Shown here one piece after another: positions 19,757 through 28,728 of a DNA stretch of 50,196 bases (its first letter is position 1; every line of letters starts with the position of its first letter). Origin of the DNA: an uncultured Bdellovibrionales bacterium. GTDB lineage: Bacteria; Myxococcota; XYA12-FULL-58-9; JASMKV01. The translations under genes and the position numbers were made by a program. The stretch spans positions 1 through 50,196 of the forward strand of contig CAXGWX010000003.1 of assembly GCA_964013445.1 (NCBI GenBank), in the 5' to 3' direction. The notes under the pieces were generated by a model, which had not been told where the DNA came from, did not search any database, and was given only the letters and a program-made list of their open reading frames with translations.

Positions 19757-20953
19757 ATGAAAATAACATTGGATCAAATGACCGTAAAACGCACCGCAAT
19801 GGCGCAGAGTCGTCGTCGGGATTGGTTTGCTGTGGATGAGCAAACCTGGTCAGATTGGCAATGGCAGCAGGCGAACAGGATACGTTCAGTCGAAGAGCTG
19901 GAAAAATATTTCCCACTCAGGGAAACGGAAAAGCAGGCCATTAAAGCGACGGCGGATACCTATAGAATGGCTATCACACCGTATTATTTGACCTTAATCG
20001 ACCCGGAGTGTGAGCACTGCCCAATACGTAAGCAGGCGATTCCAACAATGCAGGAAGAGGAAATTCGGAGCACCGATCTTGTGGACCCTTTGGCCGAAGA
20101 AAAGGACAGTCCGGTGCCAGGCATCACTCATCGTTATCCTGATCGTGTTCTTTTTTATACCACACATAACTGCCCAGTGTATTGTCGCCATTGCAATCGG
20201 CGCCGCAAAGTTTCTATGCCTGAAACAATGCCACCGCGGGATGTTTTGGAGCAGGGCGTGAGGTATATCGCGGAGAATCCTGAAGTGCGTGATGTTTTGG
20301 TGTCTGGAGGAGACCCTTTAACATTTTCCGACACTCGGTTGCAGGAATTATTGGCAAGTTTGTACGCCATTGAACATTTGGACATTATTCGTTTGGCTAC
20401 CAGGAATCCGGTTACCTTGCCGCAGCGGATCACTCCGAAGCTTGCTGAAATGCTCAAGCGTTTCGCGCCTATTTATGTGAGCACTCATTTCAATCATCCG
20501 CAGGAGTGTACAGAGGAAGCGGCGCAAGCGCTCGCACTCCTGGTGGACGCGGGATGTGTTGTAAATAATCAAATGGTCTTGCTCAAAGGTGTGAATGATG
20601 GGCCTGAAACGGTCTTGGCCCTTAACCGATGGCTTCTGCGCCATCGTTGTCAGCCCTATTACATCTTCCAGCTGGATAATGCAGAGGGCATCTCCCATTT
20701 CCGTACTCCTATCTCCAGTGGTGTTAAAATTATTGAATCACTCAGAGGGTGGACAAGTGGCATGGCGGTTCCCCATTATGTTGTCGATTTACCCGGTGGT
20801 GGCGGTAAGGTTTCGGTGCAGCCAAATTATTTTGTGGAGAAGAAAGAGCGAACCCATATCTTTCGTAATTACCGTGGCGAGGTTTTTGAATACGAAGAGG
20901 GCTCCTCATTGGAGCATGAGGCGAGCCATTCTTTGATGGCTTCGAAGGCCTGA
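19757..20953 (+). CDS. KamA family radical SAM lysine 2,3-aminomutase
   Basis: WSDWQWQ, THRYPDRVL, CPVYCRHC (CX3CX2C), SGGDPL, HFNHP, PGGGGK (PLP lysine). Start may be ATG 19799. Confidence 0.92.
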   Translation: MKITLDQMTVKRTAMAQSRRRDWFAVDEQTWSDWQWQQANRIRSVEELEKYFPLRETEKQAIKATADTYRMAITPYYLTLIDPECEHCPIRKQAIPTMQEEEIRSTDLVDPLAEEKDSPVPGITHRYPDRVLFYTTHNCPVYCRHCNRRRKVSMPETMPPRDVLEQGVRYIAENPEVRDVLVSGGDPLTFSDTRLQELLASLYAIEHLDIIRLATRNPVTLPQRITPKLAEMLKRFAPIYVSTHFNHPQECTEEAAQALALLVDAGCVVNNQMVLLKGVNDGPETVLALNRWLLRHRCQPYYIFQLDNAEGISHFRTPISSGVKIIESLRGWTSGMAVPHYVVDLPGGGGKVSVQPNYFVEKKERTHIFRNYRGEVFEYEEGSSLEHEASHSLMASKA

Positions 20954-21963
20954 GCTGTGTCGAGAGATGCAAGGTCAACCGTTGTGTTGCAGCCTTCATT
21001 GTAACCGTAGCGTTGGGGAGAGGTGGTCATAAAGATACCGAGGGTAGGTGTGCCTACTGCGACTGCAATGTGCATTGGTCCCGTGTCACAGGCAACCACA
21101 GCAGATGCTTGTTGCATGAGCATGGCAAGCTCTATGAGATTTGTTTCTGGTGCCAGGTTACAGCCTTCATTGGCTGCCTTAATATTTTTTGCCAGCCCGA
21201 TTTCAGTGGGGCCGTAAGTTAGCAGCGGGGTAAATCCCTTTGCCATCCCGAGCCGGGCAATCTCGGCGTAATTTTCTACACTTAAAGACTTTTCGCTGAG
21301 TCGGGCTCCACAATTAATAACAATATATTTAGTTGCTTTCATTTGCTCCAGTAAATCACTGAGCTGCGGATTTATTTTTTCCTGGGGTGCGAAAGTCAGG
21401 GAGGTTTGACGCTCTAGTTTGATGTTCGCGAGCGCATTGAGCAAGTCCAGGCGCATATCGATCTCGTGTTCCAAATCAGGGTTTAATGGGTGAGGGAACG
21501 AGTAGAGCCCTGCAAAGGGGCCGTGAGCAAATCCGAGCGTATGTTTCCCTCCTGAAAAGCGAGTGAGCAAGCTTTGGGTTGTTGAGGGATCTGTCGGGTT
21601 GCCTCCGTCGATGACAAGGTCAAAGCGATTTCGTCGCATTGTCAGAAGAGTTTGCAAGGGGCCACTGCTGCCAAACAATTCATTCTTACGAAAACACATT
21701 AGCTCGTCAATGCATGGATGGTCGCCCAATAGTTTCTCCGCTGCAGGTTGTGCAAGAAGGGTGATATGGCATTCTCCGAAGTGACTTTTAAGCGAATGCA
21801 ACATTGGGGTAAGCATAATAAGATTTCCCACCCTTTGATCGAGACGAATAATTAAAATTTTCGGTGAGACTCCAAGAGTCAGATCCTTTTGGGTTGAGCG
21901 CAAAAAGAATGCAAAGAGCTTGGTCAGATATAATCTGCCCCAGCGCTCGATTGCTTTAAACAT
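20869..21963 (-). CDS. Glycosyltransferase family 9 (ADP-heptose:LPS heptosyltransferase-like)
   Basis: ILIIRLDQRVGNLIMLTP, CDTGPMHIAVAVGTPTLGIF; ATG 21963 overlaps the pgsA stop. Confidence 0.9.
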   Translation of the reverse strand: MFKAIERWGRLYLTKLFAFFLRSTQKDLTLGVSPKILIIRLDQRVGNLIMLTPMLHSLKSHFGECHITLLAQPAAEKLLGDHPCIDELMCFRKNELFGSSGPLQTLLTMRRNRFDLVIDGGNPTDPSTTQSLLTRFSGGKHTLGFAHGPFAGLYSFPHPLNPDLEHEIDMRLDLLNALANIKLERQTSLTFAPQEKINPQLSDLLEQMKATKYIVINCGARLSEKSLSVENYAEIARLGMAKGFTPLLTYGPTEIGLAKNIKAANEGCNLAPETNLIELAMLMQQASAVVACDTGPMHIAVAVGTPTLGIFMTTSPQRYGYNEGCNTTVDLASLDTAQAFEAIKEWLASCSNEEPSSYSKTSPR

Positions 21964-22561
21964 TTTCTGATGCTTTTGTGGAATTGCGTTCGGAAAGCAA
22001 GCGCACAAGGGCCAGGGTGTATTGTGCGAAACTGGTCAGCGAAAATAGAATCGAAAAGCCGATGATCCATAAACCTAAAATATGAAAGCTCAAGGTAAAA
22101 CTTATAAAACCTAAATCAATATTATAGGGATAATGGGCTATAAGCATGACCATACCGATACAGGCAAAGATGGTTTTGACTTTTCCACCTTCGCCGGCAG
22201 AGATAACCAGGCCTTCGGCTGCTGCAATGCCTCGTAACCCGGTGACAGCCAATTCTCTGCTGAGTGCAAGCATGAAGAGCCAACCAGGGATTCGGTTAGG
22301 GGTAAACTGCATCAAGGCAACAAGGACCACAAGAAAATAAAGTTTATCCGTGAGCGGATCGAGAAATTTCCCAAAGGTTGTTACCAGATTGTGTTTGCGT
22401 GCGTAATAACCGTCAAGAATATCAGTAATCGCGCCTAAGGCGTAAATCAGCGCTGCCCAAAAACAAGTTTTTGGATTTTCGATGCCGGGCCAAATCAGCA
22501 GAAGGACGAGGGGAAGGACGGCCAAGCGCAAGAGCGTCAGAATGTTGGGCAGATTCCACAT
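21956..22561 (-). CDS. pgsA: CDP-diacylglycerol--glycerol-3-phosphate 3-phosphatidyltransferase
   Basis: WNLPNILTLLR, TDILDGYYARK...T.FGKFLDPLTDK CDP-alcohol phosphotransferase motif. Confidence 0.93.
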   Translation of the reverse strand: MWNLPNILTLLRLAVLPLVLLLIWPGIENPKTCFWAALIYALGAITDILDGYYARKHNLVTTFGKFLDPLTDKLYFLVVLVALMQFTPNRIPGWLFMLALSRELAVTGLRGIAAAEGLVISAGEGGKVKTIFACIGMVMLIAHYPYNIDLGFISFTLSFHILGLWIIGFSILFSLTSFAQYTLALVRLLSERNSTKASENV

Positions 22562-22627
22562 GATTGAGATCTTTAGTGTGCTTTTGCCCACTAAGCAAGT
22601 TTGTTGGGAGCTTCTTTGCCGCGCTCC

Positions 22628-23224
22628 CTATTCGCTTTGTTCTTGTTTGAGATAATGAAGGTAGAGGCTGAGAACACGTTTTACATAGTTCAGGGTTTCT
22701 GGAAATGGTGGAATCCCATAAGCGTCCTTGATTTGATGGGGGCCTGCATTGTAGGCCGCCAGGCTTGCCATTAGATTCCCGTCAAAGCGATTCAGAAGAA
22801 TGCGCAGATAGCGCGAGCCGGCAAAAATATTTTGTACCGGATCAAAAGGGTCCTTAAGCCCAACTTCTTTAGCGGTTGCAGGAATAATTTGCATCAGGCC
22901 TTGGGCGCCGGCTTTGGATACAGCTTTGGGGTTAAAGGCGGACTCCCGAGCGATGACCGCCTTAATCAGGGCAGCAGGGAGGCTGTAGTGAGCGGCCGCA
23001 CTGGCAATCAGTGCATCATAGCGTTTATTTTGGATCGTGCTAAAGCCTGGCCCCTGTGGCCCAATAGGCACCATTTTGAAGCGCTCGTCCCTGGGATTAT
23101 TGGAGAAGTGGGTATTTCCCTCGCTGTCTTTGTATTGGTAAAGATCTGCCTTGGCAAACCTGGTTGTGGGCAGCAAGATGCCAAGAAGCAGGCTAAGTAG
23201 GAGGATTTTCTGGCTTTTGCTCAT
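22628..23224 (-). CDS. Lytic transglycosylase (SLT domain) with N-terminal DUF4124-like domain
   Basis: Signal peptide; YQYKDSEGNTHFSN; AVIARESAFNPKAVSKAGAQGLMQ; AAYNAGP; ETLNYV. Confidence 0.92.
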   Translation of the reverse strand: MSKSQKILLLSLLLGILLPTTRFAKADLYQYKDSEGNTHFSNNPRDERFKMVPIGPQGPGFSTIQNKRYDALIASAAAHYSLPAALIKAVIARESAFNPKAVSKAGAQGLMQIIPATAKEVGLKDPFDPVQNIFAGSRYLRILLNRFDGNLMASLAAYNAGPHQIKDAYGIPPFPETLNYVKRVLSLYLHYLKQEQSE

Positions 23225-23529
23225 CGAAGAACCCGAGTGTACTTAGCTTTCCTGTGAAATACCAGTACTCTCCTGTGGCGATCGTCGATCTTGGTGACGT
23301 TGCATAGGCAACGCTTGGCTGGACTGCTCCTGGAATTTTGAGTACCAGGGCACTAAACGCTTAAGATGCTGATTTATTTGCACTTTTATCGTTCATCCAT
23401 AATAGAGGGAAGATTTATTTTGAGGCTTTGGCCATCTGACGTTGCCAGCTCTTATCCCCACTCTTATCGGGCTGAAGCAATTGTTTGTATTTATTATCAT
23501 TTTTCTCGGTGAGCTGGCGGTTTTGTGGG

Positions 23530-23558
23530 TTGACAGGCCAGGGCTAGTTTCGTAAACA
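23530..23558 (+). promoter_or_regulatory. Candidate sigma70 promoter of rplM-rpsI
   Basis: TTGACA (23530-23535), 17-bp spacer, TAAACA (23553-23558), 45 bp upstream of the rplM ATG. The -10 match is imperfect. Confidence 0.5.
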
Positions 23559-23603
23559 GCCCCCTGTTTTTGACTTGGAATAGTTAGAGAAAGAGGCTCA
23601 GGA

Positions 23604-24038
23604 ATGAAAACCTATAGTCCAAAATTATCGGATATAAGTCGTCAGTGGCACGTGGTTGACGCTGATGGAAAAGTCCTGGGTCGCATTGCCACAGAAATCG
23701 CGACTATTTTACGGGGCAAAAATAAGCCAATCTACTCCCCCCACATGGATACGGGTGATTTCGTTGTTGTTGTTAATTCGGACAAAGTTCGTTTAACAGG
23801 CAAAAAAGAAGACGAAAAAATGTATCACCACCATACCGGCTGGGTAGGTGGAATCGTTTCTCGCAGCGCTAAGGATATGCGAGAGAAGGATTCGACAGCG
23901 ATGGTAAAGCTCGCGGTTAAAGGTATGTTACCGCGCGGTCCGCTTGGACGCACCATGCTTTCTAAATTAAAAGTGTATGCAGGGGCCGAGCATCCCCATG
24001 ATGCACAGAAACCTCAACCGCTTGAACTTGCAGGGTAA
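23604..24038 (+). CDS. rplM: 50S ribosomal protein L13
   Basis: [45 protein letters not shown]. Confidence 0.99.
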   Translation: MKTYSPKLSDISRQWHVVDADGKVLGRIATEIATILRGKNKPIYSPHMDTGDFVVVVNSDKVRLTGKKEDEKMYHHHTGWVGGIVSRSAKDMREKDSTAMVKLAVKGMLPRGPLGRTMLSKLKVYAGAEHPHDAQKPQPLELAG

Positions 24039-24043
24039 GAATT

Positions 24044-24442
24044 ATGGCAGCAACACAAGAACGTTGGTACGGCACCGGTCGTCGTAAAGAAGCAACAGCA
24101 CGGGTATGGCTTATGCCCGGCGATGGAAAAATTACTGTCAATAAGCGCAGCGTCGACGATTATTTCGGGCGCGAAACATCGAAGATGATCTTAAAGCAGC
24201 CTTTGGAGCTCGTTGAAGAGCTTGGCAAGCTGGATATATTGGTTAATGTACGTGGTGGCGGACTTTCAGGACAGGCTGGAGCCATTCGACATGGTATTTC
24301 CCGGGCCTTAACTGTGATGCAAGCGGACTACCGCGGCACCTTAAAGAAGGTTGGATTTCTTACACGTGATTCACGTAAAGTTGAACGTAAGAAATACGGT
24401 CAGCCGAAAGCACGTAAGAAGTTTCAGTTCTCAAAGCGTTAG
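24044..24442 (+). CDS. rpsI: 30S ribosomal protein S9
   Basis: [36 protein letters not shown]. Confidence 0.99.
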   Translation: MAATQERWYGTGRRKEATARVWLMPGDGKITVNKRSVDDYFGRETSKMILKQPLELVEELGKLDILVNVRGGGLSGQAGAIRHGISRALTVMQADYRGTLKKVGFLTRDSRKVERKKYGQPKARKKFQFSKR

Positions 24443-24458
24443 AAACTTTTTCAATTCG

Positions 24459-24490
24459 AAAAGAAGCCGCCTTATGGGCGGCTTTTTTTT
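24459..24490. terminator. Rho-independent terminator, probably bidirectional, between convergent rpsI and sctV
   Basis: AAGCCGCC (24464-24471) pairs with GGCGGCTT (24477-24484); T run after the stem and A-rich run before it. Confidence 0.85.
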
Positions 24491-24494
24491 GTCT

Positions 24495-26636
24495 TTATTC
24501 AAGACTAATGCGGGCGATTGGCTGGATGTTCATATCAGGTGAAAGTTCCTGATAGGATAATACTGCCAGATGTGGAAATTCCAATTCCACAAGCTTGCGA
24601 AAGTAACGTCGGATTTCCATGGTCGTTAAAATAACCGGATTCTGGGCGGTCGGTGGCAGGTTACCAACTTCATTACGTACTGCAGTGAGAATTTCCTGAG
24701 TAATCTCCGGTTCCAGTGCCAAGTAGGAACCACTTTGGGTGTGTTGAATCGAGGAGCGTACGGTTTCTTCGATCTGCGGATCGAGAAGGTAAACAACGAG
24801 TGTGTTACCGCCTCGGGTGTATTTGTGTGAGATATAACGCTTGAGTGCATTGCGTACATATTCTGTCAGCATGACAGTATCGTTCTCAACCTGACCCCAT
24901 TCCGCTAATGCTTGCAAAATTGAACGCAAGTCACGAATAGAAATTTCCTCTTCAACAAGTCGCCGCAAAATATCAGTGAGCTGAAAGGGTGATACGGCTT
25001 TAGGCACAACTTCTTTTACAAGAGCGGGAAAAGCTTGTTCGAGTTGTTCCAGCATATTTTGAACTTCCTGAATGCCCACGAATTCAGCGGAATTTTTTCG
25101 AAGTACACTCGAAAGATGCAGCACCATATAGCCGGATGCATCCCAAGTGGTCAGACCTGCTTGCTCTGCGACATCAGAATACTGTGCCGGAATCCAAGCG
25201 CACTCAGAGCCGTTGGCTGGATTGACCGCTTCCTCGCCTTTAATGTTGAGTAGGGTTAGGCGATCGACGGTGTCGTTAACCAGAACTTTATCAAGGGCCA
25301 CGTTACCTGAGACAAGAGGAATTTCATTGATCATAATGATATAAGTACCGTCCGGGAGGTCGGTTTCATTTCCACGGACCCGAATGCCTGGAAACTTAAC
25401 TCCCAGCTCGTAGAAGAGACCGTCACGCATCATGGGGATCATTTCACCGAGAAATTTGTTTTCACCTTCCGCGTCCTCAACTAAAGGAATCAGATTGGCG
25501 GCAACTTCCAACGCAATTGGAGTAACAACAGGCAGCATTTGCTGCGCTTGTCCTTCTTGTTTCTTTGCAGCTTCAATCTGTTTTTGTTTTGTCTCTTCAC
25601 CCATGGCCTGAATTTCGTTAGCGGGTAAATCTTCTGCCCCGCCGGTACGGCTTCGCATGAGGGCATAGGCCATGCCTCCAACAATACTGGCCATGATAAA
25701 AAATGGGATGGTCGGTAAACCGGGTACCAAACCAATACCACAGAGCATACCCCCGGCGATGGCAAAGGCTTTTGGCTGGGCCAACACCTGTTGGGAAATG
25801 TCTTCACCAAGATTTGTTTCTTCTTCTTCGTTGGAGACGCGGGTAACGATCAGACCTGCGGTCATAGAACTTAAGAGAGCGGGAATCTGCGAGACCAAGC
25901 CGTCACCGATGGTAAGAATTCCATAGCGTTCAATCGCTTCCATGGCTGACATATCCATCATGGTGAGACCGATAATAATTCCGGCCAAAAGGTTGATTGA
26001 GGTAATGATCAGTCCGGCAATCGCATCTCCTTTAACGAACTTCATCGCACCGTCCATAGAGCCGAAAAGCTGCGATTCTCGTTGCAGGTCCGAGCGGCGT
26101 TTTCTGGCTTCGTCCAGATCAAAGGCACCGGCTCGTAAATCCGCATCGATAGACATCTGTTTTCCTGGCATGGCGTCGAGAGTAAAGCGAGCCGCAACTT
26201 CAGCAACACGCTCCGAACCTTTGGCGATGACAAGGAATTGGATAATGGTCAAAATCAAAAAGATAACCGCGCCGACAACAAAATTGCCGCGAACGACAAA
26301 GCTACCAAATGCATCGATGACTTCCCCAGCATCGGCTTGTAGAAGAATAAGTCTTGTGGTCGAGACATTCAGCGCCAGTCGATAGAGGGTGGTGATGAGA
26401 ATGATGGTTGGATAGGCTGCGAGTTTTAGGGCCCCTGAAATATAAATGGCGATCATCATCATGGAAACGGCGATGGTGATGTTGAGCACCAGCAACAAAT
26501 CCATAATGGGCGTGGGCAGCGGTATGATCATCATACCAACCACACCGACAACTAATCCGGCGAGAAGGATATCCGCATATCGCTTCGAAAGATCGCTAAA
26601 TTGGCCGCTGGCAAGGGCGTTAAATAGGCTATTCAT
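24495..26636 (-). CDS. sctV: Type III secretion export gate (FHIPEP family, SctV/LcrD type)
   Basis: RVAEVAARFTLDAMPGKQMSIDADL, GSMDGAMKFVKGDAIAG, TIGDGLVSQIP, VLSYQEL. The GIQEVQ and EEISIRDLRSIL segments and the VVTPIALEV...MRDGLFYELGV segment look more like injectisome/myxobacterial SctV than FlhA; that distinction is by eye. Confidence 0.88.
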   Translation of the reverse strand: MNSLFNALASGQFSDLSKRYADILLAGLVVGVVGMMIIPLPTPIMDLLLVLNITIAVSMMMIAIYISGALKLAAYPTIILITTLYRLALNVSTTRLILLQADAGEVIDAFGSFVVRGNFVVGAVIFLILTIIQFLVIAKGSERVAEVAARFTLDAMPGKQMSIDADLRAGAFDLDEARKRRSDLQRESQLFGSMDGAMKFVKGDAIAGLIITSINLLAGIIIGLTMMDMSAMEAIERYGILTIGDGLVSQIPALLSSMTAGLIVTRVSNEEEETNLGEDISQQVLAQPKAFAIAGGMLCGIGLVPGLPTIPFFIMASIVGGMAYALMRSRTGGAEDLPANEIQAMGEETKQKQIEAAKKQEGQAQQMLPVVTPIALEVAANLIPLVEDAEGENKFLGEMIPMMRDGLFYELGVKFPGIRVRGNETDLPDGTYIIMINEIPLVSGNVALDKVLVNDTVDRLTLLNIKGEEAVNPANGSECAWIPAQYSDVAEQAGLTTWDASGYMVLHLSSVLRKNSAEFVGIQEVQNMLEQLEQAFPALVKEVVPKAVSPFQLTDILRRLVEEEISIRDLRSILQALAEWGQVENDTVMLTEYVRNALKRYISHKYTRGGNTLVVYLLDPQIEETVRSSIQHTQSGSYLALEPEITQEILTAVRNEVGNLPPTAQNPVILTTMEIRRYFRKLVELEFPHLAVLSYQELSPDMNIQPIARISLE

Positions 26637-26905
26637 AAACAGGCTCTTTATAGGCTCTTTTCTACGTTTGCCTTCTGATACTCCCCAGCCAAGGGGTGGG
26701 AGTCAAGGAAAGTGTCGAAATTAAAGTCAGAACTTGACACTTCTTTGTTCGTTTTTTGGAGCCGATTTCGGGTACTTTCGAGGCCTTGCCCAATCTGAAT
26801 TTCTTGCTTGCTTCTGGGCCTCATGTTAGCAAACATGGGTATGGGGGGATTTCGCGCCGATGGGCGTGATTGGTTCCCAGATAAGATTGTGATACGGGGT
26901 AAAGT

Positions 26906-27670
26906 ATGAAGATTCGTTACGCCGGTTCTACCCACGTTGGTATGAAGCGTACGCATAATGAAGATAACTTTTTTCTTCTGGCTGAAGAAAATGTTTATGT
27001 TGTTGCTGACGGCATGGGGGGGCACGCATCTGGAGAAGTGGCTTCGCAAATTGCGGTCGAGACTTTAGCAAACTTCTTCATTGATACAACCCGCGATCAA
27101 GAAATTACCTGGCCCTATAAGGAAAACAAGGAAAAACTCTACGAAGAAAATAGAGTTCTAAACGCCATTAAACTGGCGAATAGACGTATTTTCGAATTAG
27201 CCCAGGGGGATGCGAAATATCGTGGTATGGGAACGACGGTGATTTCTCTGGTATGTGGTGCGAGCGGGGCTTATTTGGCTCATGTGGGGGATTCGAGAGG
27301 TTATGTGATCTCGAATAACGCCATCTCCCAAGTGACTGAAGACCATTCACTCCTCAATGATTATTTAAAAGTGCATCCTTTGACGCCGGAGGAAATTGAA
27401 AACTTCCCCCATAAGAATGTTATTGTTCGGGCTTTGGGGATGAAGGACACGGTTGAGGTGGATTTGAACCGTCTCTATCCGCGCAATGGTGATATATACT
27501 TGCTTTGCTCCGACGGCCTTTCCGGGATGATTACGGACGATGAAATCCTCGAAGCGGTGCTCGAACATAAGGACGATCTTGAAAAAGCTTGTCAAAGCCT
27601 GATTGGCCGGGCAAATGCGAATGGGGGTACGGATAATGTGACCGTTGTCCTTGTTGCATTTTCCGAATAG
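26906..27670 (+). CDS. PP2C-type Ser/Thr protein phosphatase (Stp1/PrpC family)
   Basis: GMKRTHNED, VADGMGGH, GMGTT, HVGDSR, LLCSDGL, GGTDNVT. Confidence 0.95.
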   Translation: MKIRYAGSTHVGMKRTHNEDNFFLLAEENVYVVADGMGGHASGEVASQIAVETLANFFIDTTRDQEITWPYKENKEKLYEENRVLNAIKLANRRIFELAQGDAKYRGMGTTVISLVCGASGAYLAHVGDSRGYVISNNAISQVTEDHSLLNDYLKVHPLTPEEIENFPHKNVIVRALGMKDTVEVDLNRLYPRNGDIYLLCSDGLSGMITDDEILEAVLEHKDDLEKACQSLIGRANANGGTDNVTVVLVAFSE

Positions 27671-27782
27671 TTACAGTGGCTTGCGATTTTTCTCGAAAAA
27701 GATCGAATCTTTTTACGAAAATATGCATCTAAAGGGTTGCCAAGCAGCTGAAAATGTACAGATTAAGCTGGACTGGATGTAA

Positions 27783-28631
27783 ATGATGACCAACGCATTG
27801 ACCATAAGTAGCGGCATCGATCGCTATATGGCTGAAATTAAAGCCTTTCCTCGTTTAAATGCGGAAGAGGAACTTGCTTTGGCCAAGGCCTATCGAGCAA
27901 ATGGGGATTTGGAAGCGGCCCATCGTCTGGTTACCGCCAATCTGCGCTTTGTTGTAAAGATTGCCCACGAGTACAGAGCATACGGATTTCGCCTCCTGGA
28001 TTTGGTTCAGGAAGGGAATTTGGGATTGATGACGGCGGTCAAAAAGTTTGATCCGGAACGGGGGGTCAAACTCATTTCCTATGCGGTTTGGTGGATTCGG
28101 GCTCATATCCAAAGTTTCATTATGCGCTCCTGGTCTTTGGTAAAAATTGGTACCACCCAAGCGCAACGCAAACTCTTTTTTAAGCTTCGCTCGGAAGGTG
28201 AAAAGGTGCGGCGTAAGCTTAGGGAGCTGAATGCGGATACGACTGCCGGCTTGGCTGAACATTTTGCGGTGGAAGAAGAGGAAGTCGTTGAAATGACTCA
28301 GCGTTTGAGCAGTCGGGATATGTCCCTGGATGCGACTTTGCAGGCGGATTCGAATGACCATTTTGTCGATCATCTGCGGGCAGAGGAGAGTTCACCGGAA
28401 GAAAACGCCCAGCGCACCCAGGCTCGTGATATGATAAGTACGGCAGTTGAATCAATTCGCGAGCAACTCAATGAGAAAGAAACCCATATTCTCGAACATC
28501 GTCTTCTGAGTCATCAGCCCGCTTCTCTGCAGGCTATCGGTGACCATTTCTCCTTGTCCCGGGAACGGGTTAGGCAGCTCGAAGCCCGTGTGCTTAAGAG
28601 ATTGGCAGAGCACGTTCCGGAACGTCCTTAG
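27783..28631 (+). CDS. RNA polymerase sigma factor, RpoH/sigma32 family
   Basis: LVTANLRFVVKIA, DLVQEGNLGLM, SYAVWWIRA, RpoH-box-like QRKLFFKLR, SRERVRQLE. Confidence 0.92.
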   Translation: MMTNALTISSGIDRYMAEIKAFPRLNAEEELALAKAYRANGDLEAAHRLVTANLRFVVKIAHEYRAYGFRLLDLVQEGNLGLMTAVKKFDPERGVKLISYAVWWIRAHIQSFIMRSWSLVKIGTTQAQRKLFFKLRSEGEKVRRKLRELNADTTAGLAEHFAVEEEEVVEMTQRLSSRDMSLDATLQADSNDHFVDHLRAEESSPEENAQRTQARDMISTAVESIREQLNEKETHILEHRLLSHQPASLQAIGDHFSLSRERVRQLEARVLKRLAEHVPERP

Positions 28632-28728
28632 AGTACATTTCTTGCAGAATTAGCGAAATTTATAAACAAACTTGTACTCACGAGCCTAGGCGTCGTATGA
28701 TCTGATAGAGTTCTCCTGGGAGTAATCT

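Noticed and set aside
24495-26636. Calling the FHIPEP gene flagellar flhA
   Set aside because: There is no flhB/flhF context and the sequence reads more like SctV. Not formally excluded without a tree.
26648-27049. 133-aa minus-strand ORF upstream of sctV
   Set aside because: It overlaps the PP2C gene in antisense, spans the divergent promoter region and has no recognisable motifs.
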